The notes under the pieces were generated by a model that did no database searches, was not told where the DNA came from, and saw nothing but the letters and a program-made list of their open reading frames with translations. Below, one piece after another: positions 1-7,383 of a DNA stretch of 64,000 bases; the stretch's first letter is position 1, and each line of letters starts with the position of its first letter. This DNA comes from an uncultured Gemmatimonadales bacterium (GTDB lineage: Bacteria; Gemmatimonadota; Gemmatimonadetes; Palauibacterales; Palauibacteraceae). Both the position numbers and the translations under genes were made by a program. The DNA lies in the NCBI GenBank assembly GCA_963783385.1, contig CAWANJ010000006.1, positions 128,001 to 192,000 of the forward strand, in the 5' to 3' direction.

Positions 1-604
1 CCGTGAGCAGGCCGATGAGACGCGAGTCGCTCGTCAGTGACTCCAGGACCTCGCGCGTGGTCCGCCGCGCGTGGCGCAGGAAGCGCCGCCGGAGGAGGGG
101 CCCGGTCAGGGCCGCGACCGGTGCCGGTAGCGCCTTCTCCATGAAGAAGCGTCGGGTGTCCGCCTCCACCTGCCGTACCAGGGCCAGGTAGGCGTCGATG
201 GCGTCGCTTTCAGCCGGGAATCTCTCCTTCAGGCGGCGACGCAACGGCTCTCGGCCCGCCGGCAGGTCGAATCGCTCCTCTCCGAGGACGATCCGGTCGT
301 AGACCTGGCCCATATCGGCCCAGTCGAGACGTCCGTCCGTGATGTCATTGAAGAGGGCGCGGAGCATCGTGCCCCGCTGCACGTCCCCGATGTAGTGCAC
401 CCCCACGTCCCACTCGTAACCCGGGCGCCGGAAGACGTGGGTGAACCCTCCCGGAGTGTAATGGCGCTCGAGGACGAGGACGCGTCTGCCGCCGTGCCGA
501 GCCAGCAGGGCGGCCGCCGAGAGGCCGCCCATGCCGGAGCCGACGACGATGACATTGTACCGATCGTCCAGATCGGCCCTCCGATAGGACTCGGCGATCT
601 TCAC
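1..604 (-). CDS. FAD-dependent oxidoreductase, phytoene desaturase/retinol saturase-like (runs off window)
   Basis: Manual translation from GTG at 604 (GAGGAGG upstream): ...NVIVVGSGMGGLSAAALLARHGGRRVLVLERHYTPGGFTHVFRRPGYEWDVGVHYIG; Rossmann GxGxxG. Confidence 0.85.
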   Translation of the reverse strand, partial: MKIAESYRRADLDDRYNVIVVGSGMGGLSAAALLARHGGRRVLVLERHYTPGGFTHVFRRPGYEWDVGVHYIGDVQRGTMLRALFNDITDGRLDWADMGQVYDRIVLGEERFDLPAGREPLRRRLKERFPAESDAIDAYLALVRQVEADTRRFFMEKALPAPVAALTGPLLRRRFLRHARRTTREVLESLTSDSRLIGLLT

Positions 605-648
605 GCTGCGCCTCCTCGTCGCCGGTCTCGCCGCGCCGCCGGTGAGCG

Positions 649-1176
649 CTAGTAGGAGATCCAGCCCGTTCCGTCGCTGGTCCAGCTTCCCGATTCGCCC
701 AGCACGGCCACGATGTCGAGCATTCCGGCCGCCCCGGCGAACCGGCCCGAGCCCCCGACGATCTCCGCCTGGAAGCGCAGCCGGGTGGTCGAGACCGCCT
801 GGCCGGCGAGCGTCATGTCGATCCGGTCGCCGTTCGCTGCTACGACCGTTGCGTTCCCATCTCCGATCTCGCCCGTCGTCGCATCGAGGCACCACGAGAG
901 CTCGATGTCGAACCCGCCCACGTGAGAAGCCCGACCCCGTCCCTCCGCCTCGAAGGCCACCACATTGGCGCTGCACGCCCCCACCGGCCTCAGCGTGCCC
1001 GAGGACGTCTCGCTGAGCGGCCGGGCCACAGCGTCCTCTGATGAGCGGATGACCGCGTCGCTCTGCTGTAGGCCCGCGACCTGATCCGGGCTCACCGGAC
1101 TGGCCGTTCCATCGCAGCCCAGGAGGCTGAGCGGGAGCGCGAGCACAACGAGGTAGAGAATCGCGAGCCTGTGCAT
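649..1176 (-). CDS. Predicted lipoprotein, dirigent/allene-oxide-cyclase-like beta-barrel
   Basis: Signal peptide with lipobox LLGC; C-terminal IVGGSGRFAGAAG motif; GGAGG RBS. Confidence 0.65.
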   Translation of the reverse strand: MHRLAILYLVVLALPLSLLGCDGTASPVSPDQVAGLQQSDAVIRSSEDAVARPLSETSSGTLRPVGACSANVVAFEAEGRGRASHVGGFDIELSWCLDATTGEIGDGNATVVAANGDRIDMTLAGQAVSTTRLRFQAEIVGGSGRFAGAAGMLDIVAVLGESGSWTSDGTGWISY

Positions 1177-1242
1177 GATCGACCTCCGAGTCGAAGGTTC
1201 GCGCCGCCCCGAAACGAACGGGGAGGGGCGGCGATCACCCGG

Positions 1243-1295
1243 AGTCTAGTTCCGGCCCGTCAGGCTTCTCTCAGTCCCTGTCAGCCGAACGTCAG
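1243..1295 (-). promoter_or_regulatory. Phased direct repeats plus -10 box, putative SARP-activated promoter
   Basis: Minus strand reads CTGAC-gttcgg-CTGAC-aggga-CTGAG-agaagc-CTGAC-gggccggaac-TAGACT; period 11/10/11 bp. Confidence 0.6.
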
Positions 1296-3481
1296 CTCAG
1301 ACCGAGGCGGCCCAAGAGCTTTTCGAACCCCGGCTCCGACCGTAGCGGGTCGAAGAAGGGATCGGTGGCCACGAAGGCCAGGCTAGGCCCGGCTGTCGCC
1401 ATCTCGCTCCCGCTGCCCAGGACGTTGCGGAAATGCGACTCGAGGACGGTCAGCGCCCGGTCGGGCATCCCCAGCAGCGCGTACAGCGAGCCGACCCCGT
1501 ACCAGTGGACGGCACCGGGCGCGAGCGCCACGATCCGGTCCAGCACGGCGGAGGCGGCGGCGGGCTCCTCGAGCTCGTCGAGCAGAGTCCGCCAGGGGGG
1601 GCCGAACATTCGGATGGGAGCCCACTCCCTTCGCGCGGCGGCGAGATCCCCCTCCAGGTAATGGATTCCGCCGAGTATATACGAGGCGGGGTCGAACTCG
1701 ACCGCGAGCTGGCTCACGAGGCGGAGCTGGCGAGCGGCGAGGTCCCGGTCGCCACCCTGCCATGCCTGGAAGCCGACGTGGAAGTTCGTGGAGACGGAGA
1801 GCGGGTCGAGAGCGTGGGCACGCCGCATCGTCTCGAAGGCCTCCTCGGTCCGCCCCGTAACACACTGCACGTAGGCGAGAAACACACACGCGCGGGTGTC
1901 ACTCACTGTGAGATCGAGGGCACGCCGCAGGTGATCCTCGGCCCCCTCCATGTCCCGTCCGAGAAGGAAGGCGATCATCCCAGCCGCGGAGTGCGCTTCG
2001 GCGCATGCGGGATCGAGCGAGATGGCTCGCTCGGCGGCGGACTCCGCCTTCGCTAGCCACACGGCCGCGGGGGCGGCCGTGTAGCTGGGGATCAGCGCGT
2101 ACGTCGCGGCCAGGCCCGCATAGGCCCGGGCGTAGCCCGGCTCGAGCTCGATGGCCTGCTGGAAGAGTCCGACGGCTTCCTCGAGAGCGCCCTCGACGCT
2201 GTCCTCCCACCGCCTCATTCCGCGCACGTAGAGCTCGCTGGCGTCGGGATCCCGGGGATCCGGCCTCGTCAGGGCTCTCCGTTCGGGAGGGCGAAGACGG
2301 AGATCGAGGATGTCGACCACCCGTTCGGCCAGGCGGGTCTGCAATTGGAAGACCTCGCCGAGCGTCGCCTCGTAGCTGTCCGCCCACAGGTGCGTGGCGT
2401 CCGACGCCCGAATGAGCTGCGAGCTGACCCGGACTCTCCGCTCCTTCGCAGAATCATCCCAGCGGACCGCTCCCTCCAGAACGTAGTCCACGCCCAGCTC
2501 CCGCCGGACCTGTGCGATGCTCAGCGTCGCTCCGCGGTACCGGTTCGCGCTGGTGCGGGCGATCACGGCGAGACCCGATAGCTGCGCCAGCCGGCTGGTG
2601 ACCTCCTCGGTGATCCCCTCGGTGAAGCGCTCATCCTCCGGGTCGCCCAGGTGCTCGAACGGGAGGACCACGAGCCGGGGCGCCGACCTGTCGATCGCTA
2701 CCGGTGGCGGGAAGACGGCTTCGGAGCTCACGCCTTCGACATCTTGCGGCGGCATCTCGATCCGCGCCATCAGGCCCGTCACCTCCGGCGCCGGCATCAT
2801 CCCCTCGGACTGCAGCCGTCGCTCGTACCGCTCGTACTGGCGGAGGGCTCCCCGCCGGTCACCCTCCTCGAGCAGGAGCTCGATCAGGAACCGGTGCACG
2901 TGGGGGGCGAAGGGCTCGCTCTCCGCCCACCGTCGGGCCGCGGCGATCGCCCCGGCCCGGTCGCCGCGGTCCCGGTGACGCTCCGCGGCCTCGCGGCACG
3001 CCCCGCGATGGAGATCCGCCAGATGGTCGCGCCACCCATCGACCCAGCGCTCGAAGGGCACCGTGTCCCTCAGATAGGTCCCCGCGAGGAAGGGGCCGCG
3101 GTAGAGGCGGAACGCGTCTTCGAGTGCGCCGCGCTCCACGGCCTGTTCGAACGCCACCGCGTCGGCGTCGATCCAATCGGATGCCGAGAGGCGCTCGCCT
3201 GCGCGCTCCACCCACCCCGGCCCCAACGTCCCCTTCAGCTCGTAGAGCACCTGGCTCAGGGAGTGTCGCGCCCGGCGCCCGTCGCGCTCGGGCCAGAGGA
3301 GACCGATGAGCTGGTCCCTCGTCGCGGTGCGCTCGACGGCCAGGAAGACGAGCAGGGCGGCGGAAAGGTCCGAGAGGACGAGGTGCGCCTCTCCAGCTCC
3401 ATCCTTCGTGACGGCGAAGCCTCCGAGAGTGCGAACCCTGATGGTCACAGGACTTCGCGAAGGAAGGTCGACCGAAGCCAT
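1292..3481 (-). CDS. SARP/BTAD transcriptional activator with TolB-like and TPR domains
   Basis: VRTLGGF...TRDQLIGLLWPE...ARHSLSQVLYEL (wHTH), LYRGPFL (BTAD), LVVLPFEHLG...FTEGITEEV (TolB-like), TPR repeats. Confidence 0.9.
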   Translation of the reverse strand: MASVDLPSRSPVTIRVRTLGGFAVTKDGAGEAHLVLSDLSAALLVFLAVERTATRDQLIGLLWPERDGRRARHSLSQVLYELKGTLGPGWVERAGERLSASDWIDADAVAFEQAVERGALEDAFRLYRGPFLAGTYLRDTVPFERWVDGWRDHLADLHRGACREAAERHRDRGDRAGAIAAARRWAESEPFAPHVHRFLIELLLEEGDRRGALRQYERYERRLQSEGMMPAPEVTGLMARIEMPPQDVEGVSSEAVFPPPVAIDRSAPRLVVLPFEHLGDPEDERFTEGITEEVTSRLAQLSGLAVIARTSANRYRGATLSIAQVRRELGVDYVLEGAVRWDDSAKERRVRVSSQLIRASDATHLWADSYEATLGEVFQLQTRLAERVVDILDLRLRPPERRALTRPDPRDPDASELYVRGMRRWEDSVEGALEEAVGLFQQAIELEPGYARAYAGLAATYALIPSYTAAPAAVWLAKAESAAERAISLDPACAEAHSAAGMIAFLLGRDMEGAEDHLRRALDLTVSDTRACVFLAYVQCVTGRTEEAFETMRRAHALDPLSVSTNFHVGFQAWQGGDRDLAARQLRLVSQLAVEFDPASYILGGIHYLEGDLAAARREWAPIRMFGPPWRTLLDELEEPAAASAVLDRIVALAPGAVHWYGVGSLYALLGMPDRALTVLESHFRNVLGSGSEMATAGPSLAFVATDPFFDPLRSEPGFEKLLGRLGLS

Positions 3482-3498
3482 GCTCCAGAACCCCCGCT

Positions 3499-3710
3499 CT
3501 ATTGGCCGGCCGCCCCGGGCACCAGCCCCAGCTGTCGCTGCATGCTCAGAACATCCGGATGGACCCGCTGCTCCGCGATCCTGCCGTCACGCACTCTGAA
3601 CATGGCCACCTCGGAGATCGCCACGCGTTTTTCCGTCGCGGACGGCCCGGGAATTCGCCCAGGTTGGTACCTCCCGACGAGAATCGCACCACGATGCGGT
3701 GGCGGCCGGT
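3499..3710 (-). pseudogene. C-terminal remnant of SnoaL-like ester cyclase
   Basis: RIVVRFSSGGTNLGEFPG in one frame, ATEKRVAISEVAMFRVRDGRIAEQRVHPDVLSMQRQLG in another; N-terminus not recognisable. Confidence 0.65.
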
Positions 3711-3865
3711 CGGAACGCCACCCTGACAAGATGGCACAGCTCCGCTCGTGCGGGGGTCCCGAGGTGGGAGACGACCGGGCTCGCGGGGCGTGGAAAGGTC
3801 GAGATCGAGGACGGCGCCCGAGGAGCCAGACGTGAATCCACGCCAATCGCTGGGAGATCGGGAAG

Positions 3866-3947
3866 CGGAGGGGGAGGGATTCGAACCCTCAAGCCCGTGA
3901 GGGCGCCGGTTTTCGAGACCGGTGCATTGCCGTTCTGCCACCCCTCC
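3866..3947 (-). tRNA. tRNA-Ser(CGA)
   Basis: GGAGGGG acceptor stem, anticodon arm CCGGT-CT-CGA-AA-ACCGG, variable arm, GGTTCGAATCC T arm; CCA not encoded. Confidence 0.95.
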
Positions 3948-3994
3948 GGGACCGCACCCGGTGCGAGGCCGGGAGGGCCGTTCTTTTCACGCAG

Positions 3995-4081
3995 CGGACG
4001 GGGTGGGATTTGAACCCACGAGGCGCTAACGCGCCCACACGCTCTCCAGGCGTGCGCCTTAAGCCGCTCGGCCACCCGTCC
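3995..4081 (-). tRNA. tRNA-Ser(GGA)
   Basis: Anticodon arm CACGC-CT-GGA-GA-GCGTG, long variable arm, GGTTCAAATCC. Confidence 0.95.
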
Positions 4082-4115
4082 GGGCTGTCCATGGCGCCGG
4101 CCTCGCCGGCTGAAA

Positions 4116-4201
4116 CGGAGGGGGAGGGATTCGAACCCTCGCGGGCCTTTCGGCCCAACGCCTTAGCAGGGCGCCGCCTTAAGCCACTCGGCCACCCCTC
4201 C
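4116..4201 (-). tRNA. tRNA-Ser(GCT)
   Basis: Anticodon arm GCGCC-CT-GCT-AA-GGCGT, variable arm GGGCC-GAAA-GGCCC, GGTTCGAATCC. Confidence 0.95.
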
Positions 4202-4296
4202 GGGTGCGCACGTTCAGCCCGTGCCCGAAACGAAAAGGAGTGAAGGACCGCGTCGCCGCAATCCCTTCACCCCCGATCGGTCCGTCCCATGTCGAG

Positions 4297-4369
4297 TTGG
4301 CCCGCCTGGGTTCGAACCAGGAATCTCTTGGTCCAGAGCCAAGCGTGTTGCCAGTTACACCACGGGCCA
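4297..4369 (-). tRNA. tRNA-Gln(CTG)
   Basis: TGGCCCG acceptor stem, anticodon arm CTTGG-CT-CTG-GA-CCAAG, GGTTCGAACC. Confidence 0.95.
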
Positions 4370-4448
4370 ATGCGGCGTCCGGACGTCGCCGGTCCGGACC
4401 GCGGCGGGCCCCGGAGAGGAGCCCCGCTCCCCCGAAGAGGGGTCGCCG

Positions 4449-4477
4449 ACAATAGCCTATCCCCCGGGGGGGAGCAA
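4449..4477 (-). promoter_or_regulatory. Putative sigma70 promoter for the tRNA cluster
   Basis: TTGCTC-N17-TATTGT on minus strand about 80 bp upstream of tRNA-Gln. Confidence 0.45.
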
Positions 4478-4503
4478 GTTCCGGCCGCCCCCACCGCGAG
4501 CCC

Positions 4504-4794
4504 TCAGGGGATGGGCTCGCGAACCTCCCGGAGCAACGCGAGATCCCCTTCGCGCTCCTCGGACGCGGCCTCCAGTTCGGCCTGGATACCGACCACCCGG
4601 TCATCGCCGAGCGCCGCCTCCTGGCCGGCCGGGAAACGCGTCACTTCCACGAAGCGCCCCGATCTTCCCTCGGCCTCGAGGAGCTCCGAGTCGATGCCCA
4701 TGGCGAACAGCGTCCCGCTCCACTCCGACCACGCCGCCAGGTAGCGCTCCCGCGCTTCCTCCGCGACGATCGCGCGCACCACGTGCCACCTCAC
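4504..4794 (-). CDS. Small hypothetical protein, possibly dimeric alpha/beta-barrel
   Basis: GTG start overlaps the stop of the upstream GntR gene (GTGA); MRWHVVRAIVAEEARERYLAAW. Confidence 0.6.
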   Translation of the reverse strand: MRWHVVRAIVAEEARERYLAAWSEWSGTLFAMGIDSELLEAEGRSGRFVEVTRFPAGQEAALGDDRVVGIQAELEAASEEREGDLALLREVREPIP

Positions 4795-5933
4795 GCTCGT
4801 CCTGACCTCCTCCGTCGACTTCCGCGGGACCTGCCCCCGGCGAGACCGCCCGGACCCACCCCGATCGGACCGACCGCGAGCCTGCGCGCCAGATCCGCGC
4901 ACAGCGCCGGATCCACGGTCCGGACGCCCAGCAGCCGCGTCGCTTCGATCCGACCTTCGAGCGCCGGACGACAGGCCACGTCGGCGAGCACGAACCGCGC
5001 CAGACGCAGCCCCCGGTCGAGCCTGGGCGAGGCGCCGGGCGCCAGGGCCAGGGCGGCGACCTCCCGTCCCCGGAGGCCGGCGGCCAGATCCCGGAAGCGT
5101 CTACGGAGGGTGGGACTCACCGACACGAGCACGGCCACGGCCCCGACGGCCAGGCGAAGGAGTAGACGGCGCTCCCGGGCCCCTCCGGGAGCCCGGAGCG
5201 CGACAACCTCGACCCAGGGCGGCAGCGCGGCACGCATCGCCGGGGCCTGGCGCGGGGAGGCCGCGATCAGGGCCCCGGAGGCTCGTTCAGGCTGCCGTCG
5301 GAGGGCGTCGGGGTCCGAGGCCGTGACCCGGATGCCGGAGAGGGCCCACTCGAGCTCGCGGCGACGAAGCTCCCGCAGCTCCGGCTCCTCGTCGACCACG
5401 ATGACCCGCCGGGCGGAGAGGGCCGCCCGCCAGCGCTCGAACAGCCCTGCCAGCTCCGCGGTTCCGGAGCCACGAGCCCGCTCGCGGGCCACGAAGGCAC
5501 GGAACGGATCCGGATCCCGGCCGGGGCCGACTCCCGGAGCGACGGCCGCGTCGCCCTCGCCCGTATCGGGCGCGGTCACGTAGGCACCGCTCCCCGGCTT
5601 CAGCTCCACCAGGCCCTCCCGGGCCAGGCGGCGGTAGGCCGACAGCACGGTGCCGCGGTCGATCCCGAGCCGCTCGGCGAGGACCCGGCCGCCGGGGAGC
5701 CGCGCCCCGGCCGTGCAGCGGCCCTCGCGCAGGGCGGCGGCCAGCTGCGCGGCCAACTGGCGGTGGAGCGGCACGGACTCGCCGGGCCGGAGCCGCAGGG
5801 AAAGCCACGGCAGGGGCCCGGTGGGATGGCTTGCGTCCGCCGCCGTACCGCCGCCGGAGCCGACACTCCCGCAAGGGCCTGGATCGCAGAACCCGCGTCG
5901 CTTCGACGTTTTCGAGCCTCGCCTCCGCTCCAT
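4791..5933 (-). CDS. GntR-family transcriptional regulator
   Basis: VPLHRQLAAQL...GARLPGGRVLAERLGIDRGTVLSAYRRLAREGLVELKPGSGAYV wHTH; GGAGG RBS. Confidence 0.85.
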   Translation of the reverse strand: MERRRGSKTSKRRGFCDPGPCGSVGSGGGTAADASHPTGPLPWLSLRLRPGESVPLHRQLAAQLAAALREGRCTAGARLPGGRVLAERLGIDRGTVLSAYRRLAREGLVELKPGSGAYVTAPDTGEGDAAVAPGVGPGRDPDPFRAFVARERARGSGTAELAGLFERWRAALSARRVIVVDEEPELRELRRRELEWALSGIRVTASDPDALRRQPERASGALIAASPRQAPAMRAALPPWVEVVALRAPGGARERRLLLRLAVGAVAVLVSVSPTLRRRFRDLAAGLRGREVAALALAPGASPRLDRGLRLARFVLADVACRPALEGRIEATRLLGVRTVDPALCADLARRLAVGPIGVGPGGLAGGRSRGSRRRRSGRA

Positions 5934-6108
5934 GTCGCCTCCGTTATTCGGTATACCTGTCGGAGATCGGGCCGGGGCCTTATGTATGGGGCCGTCCTCA
6001 ACTCCCGCTCATCCGGGGGGGCCGGACCGGGACCCCGGCGTACGGCCGCAGTGGGACGCCGGGACCCGCTGATCTCGGACATGAACACGCTGCCAAAGGT
6101 TGTTGCCA

Positions 6109-7251
6109 ATGCGACTGCTGGTACTGGGCGCGGGGCTACAGGGCTCCGCCTGCGCATACGACCTCCTCACGCAGGACGACGTGGAGATCGTCACCCTCGC
6201 CGACCTCGATCCTACGGGCGCCCCCTTCCTGCCCGGCGACCCCCGGCTCCGGCGCCTCACCCTGGACTTCGGCGACCACACGGCGCTCCGGGAGGCGATG
6301 CAGGGCCACGACGTGGTCCTCTCCGCGGCGCCGTACTACTTCAACAGCGACCTCGCCCGGCTGTCGATCTCGGAGGGGCTCGACTACAGCGACCTGGGCG
6401 GTAACACCGACATCGTATTCGAGCAGCTCGACATGGCGGGAGAGGCCGAAGAGGCCGGGTGCACGGCCGTCCCGGACGTGGGGCTGGCGCCGGGCATGAT
6501 CAACGTGCTCGCCGCCGAGACGATCCGCGGGCTGGACGAGGCCCAGTCGGTCATCATGTACGTGGGAGGCCTGCCTCAGCACCCGCACCCGCCTCTCAAC
6601 TACCAGGTGGTGTACTCGCTCGAGGGAGCGCTGGACTACTACACGACCCCCTCGTGGATCGTCCGCGGCGGCCGCCGTCAGAGGATCGACGCCCTCTCGG
6701 AGCTCGAGACCCTGGAGTTCGGCGAGCTGGGGGAGCTGGAGGCGTTCCACACGGGGGGCGGCGCCTCCACCATGCCCTTCCGGTTCGAGGGTCGGGTGGA
6801 CCGGCTGGAGTACAAGACGCTCCGCTATCCGGGACACGCCCACATCATGCACGCCATCCGGGAGCTGGGGCTCCTCTCCCAGGAGTCGGTGCGGGTGGAC
6901 TCGGCGGAGGTCGCGCCCCGGGAGGTGTTCCTGGCCTGCGTCAAGCCGCACCTCACCTTCCCCGGCGAGCCGGATCTCGTCGCGCTCCGGGTCGTGGCGC
7001 GCGGCACGCGGGGCGGCCGGCCCACGACCCTCGTCTACGAGCTCCTGGACCGGGAGGACCCGGAGACGGGCATCACGGCCATGGAGCGGACCACGGGCTT
7101 CACGCTGTCCATCGTCGGGCTCTTCCTGGGGAGGGACGTCATCGAGGAGGCCGGAGTGTTCGCGCCCGACGAGGCGATTCCCGCCGACATCTACCTCCAG
7201 GAGCTCGAGGACCGGGGCATCCGCGTGCGGCTGAGCGAAGACCAGGGATAG
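6109..7251 (+). CDS. Saccharopine dehydrogenase-like / lysine 6-dehydrogenase family oxidoreductase
   Basis: LVLGAGLQG, DLGGN, GLAPG, YVGGLPQ, YKTLRYPGH, TAMERTTG. Confidence 0.9.
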   Translation: MRLLVLGAGLQGSACAYDLLTQDDVEIVTLADLDPTGAPFLPGDPRLRRLTLDFGDHTALREAMQGHDVVLSAAPYYFNSDLARLSISEGLDYSDLGGNTDIVFEQLDMAGEAEEAGCTAVPDVGLAPGMINVLAAETIRGLDEAQSVIMYVGGLPQHPHPPLNYQVVYSLEGALDYYTTPSWIVRGGRRQRIDALSELETLEFGELGELEAFHTGGGASTMPFRFEGRVDRLEYKTLRYPGHAHIMHAIRELGLLSQESVRVDSAEVAPREVFLACVKPHLTFPGEPDLVALRVVARGTRGGRPTTLVYELLDREDPETGITAMERTTGFTLSIVGLFLGRDVIEEAGVFAPDEAIPADIYLQELEDRGIRVRLSEDQG

Positions 7252-7383
7252 GAGCACCGCCCGGCGAGCGTCACGTCGGGCGGTGCTCCGGCGGAGGCGG
7301 CCGGCACCCGCTCGCGGGCCGGGAGCCCGGCGAGGACCGCCAGGGTGCGGCCGGCCGCGAACCGGGGCTCGGCCTCCGGCGGG

